Source: a virus | Lineage: Duplodnaviria > Caudoviricetes | Strand: one strand, 5' to 3' | DNA length: 64,000 nt | IMG/VR virus record: IMGVR_UViG_3300037067_011215 | Span: 3,554 to 67,553 of that record | Shown: piece after piece, positions 44,301 through 54,176 of the stretch | Numbering within the stretch: position 1 is the first letter of the stretch | Layout: every line of letters starts with the position of its first letter | Position numbers and translations under genes: made by a program | Notes under the pieces: model-generated | Told to the model about the DNA's origin: nothing | The model's input: the letters and a program-made list of their open reading frames with translations, nothing else | Database searches by the model: none

Positions 44301-45521
44301 ATGGCAAAATCCGATACCGAATCAAAGGAAAAGGATGTTTCTCGTTCTGCTGCTAAAGAAAAGAAGGAAGAATCCCCCATTGCTATTGCTGCTGAGGCTC
44401 TTAATGCCAAAATAGATCTTCCTGAGCAAATTAATATCATTCCTACATCTCCTGAAGAAGCTACTCGTGCTGTTGATGATCTTCTCGTTCAGGATATTTT
44501 CGAGAAAATAAAATTCAATCGTCTAAAGGGCGCATTGGCTCGATCCGAGTCATTTGCTAATACAGAAATTCGTAATTTGGAAGAATCTGCCAAAAAAACA
44601 CAATCTGCTATTCCATCCCCTCCAAGTGTGATGAATATGAATCCTCAAAACAATTCCATACCGATTGGTTTAGGAACTGGTATCATTCCGCCCATTAATA
44701 GTGATCGTGCGGCAAGTCTCAAGGTTGCTCTTGATAGTTTTACTTCTGATGATGCTCGTAGGAAGTTCATTGATGAGCATCCTGAATATTTCAGTAGTGT
44801 TCCCATAAATCCCGGTGTTCCTATTCCTCAGCAGCGATTTTCTTCCCAAAATCAGCCGCAAATGCAGCAAGATCCCACCACTATTCTTGCAGATGCCACA
44901 AAGATTTTAATGGATCATCTCAAGGCTGGTATGGATATCCAGAAGGCAATTTCTCCGCCTGCTGGCATTAATTCTGGTGCTCCATCTACTGTTGAAGTTG
45001 TCAATACTTTCAAAGATATTAATGCATCCACTGTTACTGGATTCACCAATTTAGTTAAAGATTTCCAAAGTCAAATGAAAACCGTTGTTGATGATCTTAA
45101 ATCGTCTAATCTCGAACTTCAGAAGAATGTTAGTAAATTGCAGATGGATTTGATAGAAAAAGATAAGGAATATATGAAAAATAGGATTGATCACCTCGAA
45201 AGTGCTCTTCAGCGTCCTCCTGAGTTCAATATTTCTCAATTGCGTTCTGTTATCAATGAGGCTAACGCAAACGGTGTTCCTGTCTCAGTTGATACTGAAG
45301 AAAGAGAAAGATTGCGTTCAGATAATGCCAGAAAAGACAGAGAGCAGGATCATAAGTTTAATATGGAGCAAAAGAAAATTGATCTTGAGCTTCATCGCGA
45401 GAAAAGGCGCGGTCTTGTCATGAATTCTGCTGTCAAGGCGGCTGGCGGCTTCCTTGAAGGTACAGTTCTCAAGAAGCATGTGTTATCTACTGATGGCGAG
45501 TCCGTTGCCAGGAGGTTCTAA
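44301..45521 (+). CDS. Pro/Gln-rich coiled-coil virion-like protein
   Basis: Low-complexity linker and long heptad region. Confidence 0.65.
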   Translation: MAKSDTESKEKDVSRSAAKEKKEESPIAIAAEALNAKIDLPEQINIIPTSPEEATRAVDDLLVQDIFEKIKFNRLKGALARSESFANTEIRNLEESAKKTQSAIPSPPSVMNMNPQNNSIPIGLGTGIIPPINSDRAASLKVALDSFTSDDARRKFIDEHPEYFSSVPINPGVPIPQQRFSSQNQPQMQQDPTTILADATKILMDHLKAGMDIQKAISPPAGINSGAPSTVEVVNTFKDINASTVTGFTNLVKDFQSQMKTVVDDLKSSNLELQKNVSKLQMDLIEKDKEYMKNRIDHLESALQRPPEFNISQLRSVINEANANGVPVSVDTEERERLRSDNARKDREQDHKFNMEQKKIDLELHREKRRGLVMNSAVKAAGGFLEGTVLKKHVLSTDGESVARRF

Positions 45522-45956
45522 ATGCCCGATTCCTCCGCACCTCCTTATATCAATCCTCTTATTTACAATATGATAGGTTCTCTCACGGCACTTGATGAAT
45601 TCCCATCCGAGGATTACGTTCTTGAGATATATGCTCAATTGCGTGTCCTTCCTGCTGAAGATGTTGCATACATGATCACAAATGATGACCACTTTGCTTC
45701 GTATATAAATACGAGCTTGGTTCGTGCTGCGATAAGAGGAATGGATATTCGAGGAATTGGATTTGTTGTTACCACTTTCATAGATCGCAATTTCCCTGGT
45801 CTTATGCGTCATATAAATTCAAGTGAATCCGATTTCCTCTTATACAAAAATGTCCTCACTATTCTTTTATCTGAAATTCGTGGTGAAAATGTTCCTGAGC
45901 AGGAAGATGAAGCAAAAGGTCAAGTTGAAATAGAAGGCAGTTCAATTCAAAGTTAA
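45522..45956 (+). CDS. hypothetical protein
   Basis: Abuts upstream stop; GGAGG RBS. Confidence 0.65.
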   Translation: MPDSSAPPYINPLIYNMIGSLTALDEFPSEDYVLEIYAQLRVLPAEDVAYMITNDDHFASYINTSLVRAAIRGMDIRGIGFVVTTFIDRNFPGLMRHINSSESDFLLYKNVLTILLSEIRGENVPEQEDEAKGQVEIEGSSIQS

Positions 45957-45967
45957 GGACTGATATC

Positions 45968-46921
45968 ATGGGCAACATTAATAATGGTGATTTCTATACT
46001 GGAAAAAATGGCATTCCAGTTAAAGATAATGGCGAGTCATGGAGAGCATTTAATCCATCTCATGATAGCATTATAGATCCTCAGCCTTATCCATATAAGG
46101 GGCATGGTGGATTTACAGGGGTCTATTTCTATATGGGGTTTGATCCATCTGCCGATGCCGGTAAAGGTGGAACCAGGATAGCTTATGTCGATTATCCCAA
46201 AGATCGTTATACCCTCGAAGAGACTATCAATGGCGATGATGTTCCATTCATCCTCATGAATTGTAATGTATGCAGTGCTATGGATGAGGCCGCTAAACGG
46301 TTTGGTAGGCTTCCATATGAGTCCAAGCAAGAATCACGTTCTGTTGTTCCATATGCTCGCGTCGAGTCTGGTCCTGTTTCCGAATCACAACAGCCGCAGC
46401 AATACCGTGTTTCTTTTGCTCCTGCAATGGCTGCTACTATTCCCAAGCTCATTCCAAAGCTCATTAAGATCACTAAATCTATAGCTCTCAAGCCTGCTGG
46501 TGATGTTGCTCTTACTGTCGGCCTCAGCTTCCTATCTGAAATGCTGTCTGCTGCTGTTAGTAATCCTGATACCCGTCTAGCTCTCCAATCGTTCTCCGAT
46601 GACATGGTTGATATGCTTGATGATGATATTGCATCTCGCATAACTGAGCAGGCCATTGAAATAGGTGAGGCTGCCCTTCGCGATGGTGATAACATCTCAA
46701 ATAAGAAATTGATTATGGGTGCGATCTTTAAGAATCGTGGCGATCTCAAGAAGGATCTTGATGCTGCTAAAGCTTCCAGGGCTGCTACTGCCACTAAATC
46801 AAAGTCGTCTCCTGCGGGCGATTCCACGTTTAGCTTTACTCCATCTCCGTCTGCTGAATCTGGTTTCAATTTTGATAACAATCGCGCCGGATCTTTGAAT
46901 ATTCCTAGATTGTTTGAGTAA
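45968..46921 (+). CDS. hypothetical virion-like protein
   Basis: Operonic; amphipathic helical C-half. Confidence 0.65.
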   Translation: MGNINNGDFYTGKNGIPVKDNGESWRAFNPSHDSIIDPQPYPYKGHGGFTGVYFYMGFDPSADAGKGGTRIAYVDYPKDRYTLEETINGDDVPFILMNCNVCSAMDEAAKRFGRLPYESKQESRSVVPYARVESGPVSESQQPQQYRVSFAPAMAATIPKLIPKLIKITKSIALKPAGDVALTVGLSFLSEMLSAAVSNPDTRLALQSFSDDMVDMLDDDIASRITEQAIEIGEAALRDGDNISNKKLIMGAIFKNRGDLKKDLDAAKASRAATATKSKSSPAGDSTFSFTPSPSAESGFNFDNNRAGSLNIPRLFE

Positions 46922-46925
46922 ATAA

Positions 46926-48698
46926 ATGTCTAATACTGAATTATTAGGTTATCAATCAACATTTGATGCAGAAATAGCCCTTGCACTGTCAAGATTTCAG
47001 TCCAAGATTGATAACCTTGTTAATTCTCTTGTTTCTGCAATTTCTTCAGTTCCTTATGATCCTTCTACTGCTACAGATGTGTTTGACCGTTCTATTTCGT
47101 CATTTTCTGTTGGTGTTGGTGATTCCAAATCTGGAATATATGGTGATTTCGTTGTTGATTTATCCAATGCCATTGAAAAGATATCGCAATCCTTGAATAG
47201 ATATATCGCAAATCAGCTCGTTTCTTCTGAATCTCAGCTTGAGTCTATTAGGAATGATATTTCTAGTTTATCTGATCATATATCATCCCATTCTTCTGAT
47301 GCACAATCTAAAGTAGGAAACTTGTTATCTTCTGCCAGTTCTAAGTTTTCTTCTGCTATTCTCGTTTCACAGGAAAAATCTGCTTCATACTACATCAACT
47401 CATTAACAGATTCTTATATTGGTGCTATTAAACGTGCAGATGAATATGCTTCTGAATCAATTTCTAAGCTTCTCAGCATATATAATACGTATAAGACTCT
47501 TCCCGCTGGATTTTATACTGATGCTAATTCTGTTCTCACTGAAATTTCCGAAACGTATAATAAATATATTACTGATGCCAACACTGCATATAATGATGGA
47601 CTTAGTAATTATAAGTATTATACTTCCTCTTCGCAATCTCAGATATCTACTGGTCAGTCCAAGATTGGTATTCTTCTCGAAGAATCTAATAAGAAAGTAT
47701 CTTCCATGTTCTCATCTCTTCCAGATATGTTATATAATAAAGCAGATTTCGCATTTGCTTCAGCTATTGCTATATTATCATCTAAGCTTTTTACTGAATC
47801 TATACGCATTAGAAATTCACTCAGCAACCTTGTTGATGACATATCCAAAAAGGCCAATGGAACCAAGAATATTCTTGATAGATACTTTAAAACGTCATAT
47901 TCTCCCATATATTCCGACACAATCGAATATAGAAATTCCAAGGCATCTATTTCCAATGGTGCATATGAACTCCTTTCGGCTGATCTTGATGGTTTTATTT
48001 CTCAATACAATGATAAGGTTTCTGCGTTGCAATCTAATTACAATACTTATCTCAATACAATTCAATCTGATGTTATTACCTGGATAAATAATAATGTTCC
48101 TAATCTCAATGATGAGCAATTATCTGTCATAGAAACTAAGTTATCTGCTGCTATATCTTCGCAGAATACCAGAGTTTCTAATTATTTTACTATCTATTCC
48201 AATAAAATCAGTTCAATCAGCGATGGATTATCTGCTTATACTGAGAAATTACTCAAAGAGCGATATACTGATGTGCCATTGCTTAGATTCACTGGCACAA
48301 ATTCATCTCCTACTCACATTAGTAAGATTTTGTCGTATTTAGATGATGACGACAATACAATCTATAATAATGTGTTTACTTTCGAGGTTTCTAACGTTGG
48401 AAATGTTATTTGGTATGGATGGTTTGGAATACGCTTAACCTGTTCTGTTGATTATGCGGAATATGCGGCTGATTATGAAGAAGAAACTGGTGATGAATTC
48501 ACCGGCAGTTATACTCCTCCGTATTTCATATGGAATAAGCGGCTTGGATTAGAATCTCTTCTTCCTGGCCAGACTAAAACATTTAAAGTCATAGTTCCTG
48601 GTAATTTAATTTATAACATAGATGAACTTGGTGATTATGCTCTTCCCACTGTCGTAATCAATACCGTTAAGGGGGATTATTCATCTCTACCAGCTTAG
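46926..48698 (+). CDS. Ser-rich helical protein with C-terminal Ig-like domain
   Basis: PLLRFTG...FEVSNVGNVIWYGW...LLPGQTKTF. Confidence 0.7.
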   Translation: MSNTELLGYQSTFDAEIALALSRFQSKIDNLVNSLVSAISSVPYDPSTATDVFDRSISSFSVGVGDSKSGIYGDFVVDLSNAIEKISQSLNRYIANQLVSSESQLESIRNDISSLSDHISSHSSDAQSKVGNLLSSASSKFSSAILVSQEKSASYYINSLTDSYIGAIKRADEYASESISKLLSIYNTYKTLPAGFYTDANSVLTEISETYNKYITDANTAYNDGLSNYKYYTSSSQSQISTGQSKIGILLEESNKKVSSMFSSLPDMLYNKADFAFASAIAILSSKLFTESIRIRNSLSNLVDDISKKANGTKNILDRYFKTSYSPIYSDTIEYRNSKASISNGAYELLSADLDGFISQYNDKVSALQSNYNTYLNTIQSDVITWINNNVPNLNDEQLSVIETKLSAAISSQNTRVSNYFTIYSNKISSISDGLSAYTEKLLKERYTDVPLLRFTGTNSSPTHISKILSYLDDDDNTIYNNVFTFEVSNVGNVIWYGWFGIRLTCSVDYAEYAADYEEETGDEFTGSYTPPYFIWNKRLGLESLLPGQTKTFKVIVPGNLIYNIDELGDYALPTVVINTVKGDYSSLPA

Positions 48699-49393
48699 AA
48701 TTAGCCGAATCTCAGATATTACTTGCTCATAGTGAAGCAAATTCTGAGATATCCAGATCCATTGATATTGCATCTAATTATATATCTTTGCATCCGGTTA
48801 AGATGTATGTTGATGGCACTGCATTTAGAACTGCTATATCCGATCTTCTAACTGGCGCAATAACTGAAGTTCTTGGAAAAATTAATGAAATTGTTGCATC
48901 ATTCAATCAAAAGGCACAGAATGCTTCTATAGATTATAATCAAACCATATCAACTACTGATGAAGCTACTTCTTTTTCCAGCTATGTCAATGATTATTCA
49001 TCCAAACTATCTACTTCCATTGATACTGTATTATCGGCTATAGAAGATCTTGTAAATTCTCATGCTTTTGATCGTCCTCTACTTCGTCACACTGGAAATC
49101 GTAAATCTCCATTATCTATAACGCTTGATGGCATTAATACGTTTTCTCGTGAATTCAAAAATGTCGGTAATAAATCATGGTCCGGTTGGATGACCATTAA
49201 TGCTACTGATAAGTACAAGAATTCCGTTTCTGTTGATGTTGCTCCATCCAACATTTCAACAATTGAACCCGGCGAAACTTCCTGGCTCACTCGCGAAATA
49301 GAGATCCCTAAAGTCCGTTATGTGTCTGGCTCACCCCGTTCCTGGGGTCATCCTACTACAATCCAGACAGGAATTTATACTCGTAATGTGTAG
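48683..49393 (+). CDS. paralog of preceding gene's C-terminal region (Ig-like); start uncertain
   Basis: PLLRHTG...EFKNVGNKSWSGW...IEPGETSW; frame open from 48671 with no ATG until 48803. Confidence 0.65.
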   Translation: MSTSLELAESQILLAHSEANSEISRSIDIASNYISLHPVKMYVDGTAFRTAISDLLTGAITEVLGKINEIVASFNQKAQNASIDYNQTISTTDEATSFSSYVNDYSSKLSTSIDTVLSAIEDLVNSHAFDRPLLRHTGNRKSPLSITLDGINTFSREFKNVGNKSWSGWMTINATDKYKNSVSVDVAPSNISTIEPGETSWLTREIEIPKVRYVSGSPRSWGHPTTIQTGIYTRNV

Positions 49394-49881
49394 TGGTGAA
49401 TATGGCTGATACTCTCGATGATAATGTTATAACTGAAGAATATGGTGTTGGTGGTCTTGTAGATAGTGAAAAAGCTACTAGTTCTTCTCAGGGGTTTTCT
49501 TTTGGTTCGGTTCCAGTATCCGAATCTCAGAAAGAAACAGTAGATGATGCACAATCATCTGTTCTTGATACAATAGAAGTTTCTACTCCATCATCTTCTG
49601 TTTCTTCTGCCAAAACCAGTGTTACTCCTTCTAGTGGTGATGTTGTTACGCTTGATAATCTCAAATTGGTCAGTGCTCAGTTTGAAAAAGGTTGCCAATC
49701 CTTTGATGATCTTGTTAAAGGAACCGGACTTGCTAGTTCCGTAGTTCTTGCCTGTCTCAATTGGCTCAAAGATAATGATGTTCTCTCTGTCAGTGGCAAA
49801 TTCTATTGCACTATTGATAATGTCTCTAGTATGCAATCACAGTTTAAGCAATGCTTTACTTGTTTCTCTCAGAAAAAATAG
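49393..49881 (+). CDS. protein with Ser-rich N-half and C-terminal winged-helix
   Basis: SFDDLVKGTGLASSVVLACLNWLKDNDVL. Confidence 0.6.
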   Translation: MVNMADTLDDNVITEEYGVGGLVDSEKATSSSQGFSFGSVPVSESQKETVDDAQSSVLDTIEVSTPSSSVSSAKTSVTPSSGDVVTLDNLKLVSAQFEKGCQSFDDLVKGTGLASSVVLACLNWLKDNDVLSVSGKFYCTIDNVSSMQSQFKQCFTCFSQKK

Positions 49882-49896
49882 ATTTTACTACTTTTT

Positions 49897-50241
49897 TTAA
49901 AACTCCTTTATTTCTCCGAATGGGTCCATGTATAATGTCGTTTCTCCGTCCTCGAATGTGCATTTCACTAATTCCCCTCTTCTAAATGCTTCTAAATCTT
50001 CCTCGGATACTCCGTCTTCCATCTTCATTTCTCGCCCGCTGCAAATTATTGGCCGTATTACATACTCAATTCCTCTTTCTTTTGCTGTTTCTGATATTAT
50101 GAATTCGCTCCTATGTTCTTCTGAGCAAAAATAATGTGATTTGCTTGTTGGCTTTTCTATCCCAAATCCAATGCAAGCTTTTCCCAGTGGCACAGAATTT
50201 CCGCACATCACACACGTTACGCTTTTTGTGTCATTGCTCAT
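49897..50241 (-). CDS. TRASH/YHS-like metal-binding protein
   Basis: CVMCG...HYFCSEEH. Confidence 0.55.
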   Translation of the reverse strand: MSNDTKSVTCVMCGNSVPLGKACIGFGIEKPTSKSHYFCSEEHRSEFIISETAKERGIEYVIRPIICSGREMKMEDGVSEEDLEAFRRGELVKCTFEDGETTLYMDPFGEIKEF

Positions 50242-50624
50242 ATATAATACTCCGATTCTACAATATCCATCGATTTTTTTAGCATATCTTCAATGTCCGT
50301 GTCTTTATATGTCTTTTCGTCGATTGATGTCCCTTTTAACTCCCTCAAAATTGATTCTTTTATATAATGCTCCAATCCACTCCAATCTTTATTTTCCTCA
50401 ATTCCTTCTTCCGTGTTAAATACTGCCAATGTTTTCTTTTCTATTTTGTTTTTCTCTCTTATTTCTAGCATCCATGCTTTGAATGTTATTAATGTGTAGT
50501 GTACCAGTCCTACACCTGAATGCAATTCTTTCTTTTTTAGTGTTACCACGAAATTTTCTGTTTTTCTTACATACATGTCATTGTTTATCTTCTCAAATCC
50601 TCTGCTTTCTGTATTATCTTTCAT
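50238..50624 (-). CDS. hypothetical protein
   Basis: Operonic. Confidence 0.55.
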   Translation of the reverse strand: MKDNTESRGFEKINNDMYVRKTENFVVTLKKKELHSGVGLVHYTLITFKAWMLEIREKNKIEKKTLAVFNTEEGIEENKDWSGLEHYIKESILRELKGTSIDEKTYKDTDIEDMLKKSMDIVESEYYI

Positions 50625-50978
50625 TTAATATTTCTCCCTTTCCATCCTCTCGAACCAATCATTTGCTTTCCAATAATTTCTTTCGCTCACTGCCAATTCT
50701 TTTTCTTTATAACATCGTCTTCTTATTGCCGTTTTCGCTTTCTCTGTTGCCCTATCTATTCCTCTTGTTGCTAGTATCGTTCTTTCTCTCACTATCATTG
50801 CTTCTAACAGTTTTTTCACATCTATTCTATCGATGTTTATGTTATCTAAGTCAAAGTTTCCCATAACATACGTAAATATTCCATCGGTTATTTTTATTTC
50901 TCCAAATGGTACTACATTTCCCTTTCCTTTTATTTCTATTCCTAATACTTCCAATACTTCATCACTATCTATTTCCAT
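50625..50978 (-). CDS. hypothetical protein
   Basis: Operonic. Confidence 0.55.
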   Translation of the reverse strand: MEIDSDEVLEVLGIEIKGKGNVVPFGEIKITDGIFTYVMGNFDLDNINIDRIDVKKLLEAMIVRERTILATRGIDRATEKAKTAIRRRCYKEKELAVSERNYWKANDWFERMEREKY

Positions 50979-51003
50979 TCCTTTTCCCCGTTAAAAAATA
51001 GCT

Positions 51004-51031
51004 CACTTTCGCGCCAGCGGGCGCGAAAGTG
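51004..51031. repeat. hairpin, 12-bp perfect stem, right after stop of 51033 gene
   Basis: CACTTTCGCGCC-AGCG-GGCGCGAAAGTG; followed on the minus strand by AGCTATTTTTT. Confidence 0.9.
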
Positions 51032-51032
51032 T

Positions 51033-51452
51033 TCATAGGTGTACTATTGGCACTTTTCTTTTCATTCTTCTTCGCATCTTTGCTAATTGGATTGCTGGAT
51101 CTTGGCTGTATTTCTTGATCCAATCCATTCTTGCCATGTCTGTTTGATGGATTGGTTCCGTGTATCTTACATTTGCGTTCATTGGTAGTGCAATCAGGGC
51201 TTCATAATCAATGAATCCGTCTTTTTCTGGCACGTCCGGTCCTCTTACTCCTGCTGGTAGGAACCATTCGAATCCTTCCGGGTCTAAGCATTGCAGCCAA
51301 TTCTTCGATGCATCTCCTTTTGGCTTATTCTGTACTTTTCCGCAGATGTGGCAAAGTGTCATTGTTGCTCCATCTGCGAACATTACTGGTGCTCCGCATG
51401 TGCAAAGATATCCGCCATTCATTTTTTCTATCGAGTTTTCTTCATTTGCCAT
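51033..51452 (-). CDS. Zn-ribbon protein
   Basis: YLCTCG...LCHICG. Confidence 0.6.
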   Translation of the reverse strand: MANEENSIEKMNGGYLCTCGAPVMFADGATMTLCHICGKVQNKPKGDASKNWLQCLDPEGFEWFLPAGVRGPDVPEKDGFIDYEALIALPMNANVRYTEPIHQTDMARMDWIKKYSQDPAIQLAKMRRRMKRKVPIVHL

Positions 51453-51457
51453 TTAAT

Positions 51458-51865
51458 TCACTCTCCTCTACTCAATGATGCTACAAATTCGTCTACATTC
51501 ATTGCAGGTGCTACGATGTTTGATAATTCCACTGGTGATTTGTTTCCGTATCCAAGTTTCACCGATTCATATAGCTCTGCCGTAGTATTTGCCCAATCCG
51601 AATTCGCTTTTTCTGCTCTCAATGCTTCAGCCGCCGCATCATCCACATTCGTAAAGTGTTTTCCGTTCATTACATCGTCGTTTGCGAACGCCGATGTATT
51701 AAACACTTCACAAGAAGCTCCTATTAGATCGATTCTTCCAGTTTTCTCCTGTTTTCCTGCGTTTTGCAGTGCATCTAATGGCGTTAGTGCCACTGCGTTT
51801 ATCGCGATCATCGCAATGATCGCGATTACTATCGCGATTACTGATATTGCCAATGTGTTTTTCAT
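51458..51865 (-). CDS. secreted/membrane-anchored protein
   Basis: MKNTLAISVIAIVIAIIAMIAINA; contains hairpin ATCGCGATCAT-CGCA-ATGATCGCGAT (51801-51826). Confidence 0.6.
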   Translation of the reverse strand: MKNTLAISVIAIVIAIIAMIAINAVALTPLDALQNAGKQEKTGRIDLIGASCEVFNTSAFANDDVMNGKHFTNVDDAAAEALRAEKANSDWANTTAELYESVKLGYGNKSPVELSNIVAPAMNVDEFVASLSRGE

Positions 51866-52129
51866 AGTTTTAGCTCACTCCTGTAAACTTTTCGTCCTTA
51901 GCAGGGTGCGATTCTAACCATTCTTTTATTCCCTTTCTAACTACCTCTGCCATATTTGTATTGTGGTCTATACATCGTTTCATGAATATTGCTTTATAGT
52001 CTGGATCGACCATTGCACCCACGTTTTCTTTCTTCCTACTCATGCTTTGTATAATAGTGCTATATTACTATATCATTGTTTCGCTATATCTTACTACATG
52101 TTTTATTATATAATGGTATAGTTTGGTGT

Positions 52130-52150
52130 TCCTTATATATATTTATAAGA
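52130..52150 (+). promoter_or_regulatory. TATA-like promoter upstream of major capsid candidate
   Basis: CCTTATATATATTTATAAG, about 20-30 nt before GGAGG. Confidence 0.45.
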
Positions 52151-52188
52151 TCCTGTGTTTTTTTGGAGGAATTTAAATCGGAGTTCAC

Positions 52189-53406
52189 TTGATTGAAGCG
52201 TTTGACTTCAATTTTAAGTTCTCTTCCAGCAATCTTGCTGTAGGAAATGCCGCCAAAGTTGGCGATAATACCTATTTCAAGGTTTCCGGAGAGGGCTTTA
52301 ACCAGGCCGTTCCTCTCACTTTCCCAAGTGAGTGTTTCGGTGAGGTTGCAGGGCTTGAGATATTCCCTGGCAAAAAGAACGGACTTTGGCAGCATTACGA
52401 TGCCGTTAAACTGATCATCGGCGGAAAATCGTTCAATGATCAGGTATTCAACGAGCTTACCGCTCCTGGCCTCGCTGCCGGATATCCTGACCCGCTTGGT
52501 GCTGTCGGTCTTAGATATGGTGCAATGCCTATTAATTTCGGTATGCCTATGCTGCTCGGTGGCAGACCTGAAGAGGCTTGCCCGAAAATCGCTCCTGGCC
52601 AGTCCGTCGAGATAGAAGTTACTGCTCCCCCGACTGCTGAGGGTGGTGCTACTCTCGACCAGGATATGAAGGTCCGTCTGTGGGTTGCAAAAGTACAGGG
52701 TGTTCAGAAGCTTAAAGACACCTTGAAGTTCCAGTCTGCTTACACAAAGCAGGGCTATTACGATGGAAATGTAGTTAATTGCAACTTCGACTTCGGCGAT
52801 CTTGAAGTTCATGAAAAGCTTCCTGTTCGAACTACTCTCACGAATAACCCCATTAAGAACCCCATCCCGGAAACTGGTTCATTTGATCCTGCTGATCATT
52901 GGTCTAAGCTCCCTGGTGGCGTTGGTCAGGACAAGCCTACGTTGCATGTCTTCTCCGTGTTTGCCAAACAGATGGCGGATACCTCTGTAAACGAGTATTA
53001 CCAATTTGTTACGCATTCTCAGCAGGTCCAGGATAAGTCATATGAGCTTTATTGGGACTTCAAGAAGGGCGACGCGCTTAAGATCACTCACCTTGGCTTT
53101 AAGCAGCCCGCAGTTGGAACCATCAATTATATGTGGCTCCGCCGCTCTGGTCGTGAGATCGAGACAATTTATGATGCTCAGTCCGGATCTTGCCCATTCT
53201 CCATGCCGCGCGAGAGAGATCCTAACACGTTCGTATATGCTGGTCCCACCAAGCTTCCCAAGCCGTTCATAGTCTGGAATGAGATCGCATCTATCGAGAT
53301 CAAGGATAATGCCACTGCGGTTGATGGATGGAGTTCACTTAATGCCAATGGCGCTGGTGTCTATGTCCGTGGTGTTAGGTATGAATTCAATGAGAAGGAG
53401 GTCTAA
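52189..53406 (+). CDS. major capsid protein candidate (two beta-sandwich halves, double-jelly-roll-like)
   Basis: 405 aa, beta-strand-like segments in two halves, strong GGAGG site, C-ending codons suggesting high expression; fold not verified. Confidence 0.5.
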   Translation: MIEAFDFNFKFSSSNLAVGNAAKVGDNTYFKVSGEGFNQAVPLTFPSECFGEVAGLEIFPGKKNGLWQHYDAVKLIIGGKSFNDQVFNELTAPGLAAGYPDPLGAVGLRYGAMPINFGMPMLLGGRPEEACPKIAPGQSVEIEVTAPPTAEGGATLDQDMKVRLWVAKVQGVQKLKDTLKFQSAYTKQGYYDGNVVNCNFDFGDLEVHEKLPVRTTLTNNPIKNPIPETGSFDPADHWSKLPGGVGQDKPTLHVFSVFAKQMADTSVNEYYQFVTHSQQVQDKSYELYWDFKKGDALKITHLGFKQPAVGTINYMWLRRSGREIETIYDAQSGSCPFSMPRERDPNTFVYAGPTKLPKPFIVWNEIASIEIKDNATAVDGWSSLNANGAGVYVRGVRYEFNEKEV

Positions 53407-53408
53407 AC

Positions 53409-53837
53409 ATGATGTTTGAGTGGCGTGTCACCTCTCTAACCAGTGGTGAAACGACATTATACGAAAGCGACAGTGGCGCTATATTCTATGCTGCCACTGC
53501 CGCTACCGGCCTGTTTGGTATCGCTGGCATGTGGGTTAAGTTGCCCACGGCTGCTCCTGCCATTGAGGATATCTATACTGCGGCTGTTGCAGTTGTTGGT
53601 GCCAATAAGGGCCTGTATGCTAAAAGATCTACCAGTACTGGTGGTACTGGCGGCATCAGTAATGATCATGTTGTCAGTGCATTGCAGGTAGATTACTTCG
53701 AGAAGGGTGGCAGATGGATTCACCTCAATAGGACTGGAACCGCGTTGCCCGCTAAAATGGCTGTTGGCAGTGCTGTTAAGCATCTCGTGTTGTTCTACAC
53801 TGGCAAGGGCGAAAGAAAGGGCGTGTCTATCCCGTAA
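53409..53837 (+). CDS. small beta-rich virion protein
   Basis: GGAGGTCTAAAC-ATG directly after capsid candidate. Confidence 0.6.
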   Translation: MMFEWRVTSLTSGETTLYESDSGAIFYAATAATGLFGIAGMWVKLPTAAPAIEDIYTAAVAVVGANKGLYAKRSTSTGGTGGISNDHVVSALQVDYFEKGGRWIHLNRTGTALPAKMAVGSAVKHLVLFYTGKGERKGVSIP

Positions 53838-53848
53838 AAATGAAACTC

Positions 53849-53890
53849 ATCGCCGCGCTGAAGCGTGGCGATTATTTTTTTTTTATTTTA
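53849..53890 (+). terminator. hairpin plus T-tract between convergent genes
   Basis: ATCGCCGCGC-TGAA-GCGTGGCGAT then TATTTTTTTTTT. Confidence 0.75.
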
Positions 53891-54176
53891 TTGGCTCTAC
53901 TCTGATTACCATTATTGCTTCATTTGACCATTCTATGTCTTTGTGGAATGTTTTTACTCCTCTTTCCAAGTCTTTGCTTGCTTCTTCCATTCCCTTTATT
54001 CTTAGCTGTTTTATTCTTCCCGTTTCGTCAGTCACTTCCATTATGTCATTTCCATTGAACTGCCTGTATTCCTGCGTTTTTCTTCCTGCTAAAATATCAT
54101 CAAGATACTTTGAATTTATTTTTGCTTTTAGAATCATTCCTACCGCTCCATCACCCATTTTATGAAGTATTTCCAT
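53883..54176 (-). CDS. ASCH domain protein
   Basis: LKAKINSKYLDDILAGRKTQEYR. Confidence 0.8.
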   Translation of the reverse strand: MEILHKMGDGAVGMILKAKINSKYLDDILAGRKTQEYRQFNGNDIMEVTDETGRIKQLRIKGMEEASKDLERGVKTFHKDIEWSNEAIMVIRVEPIK

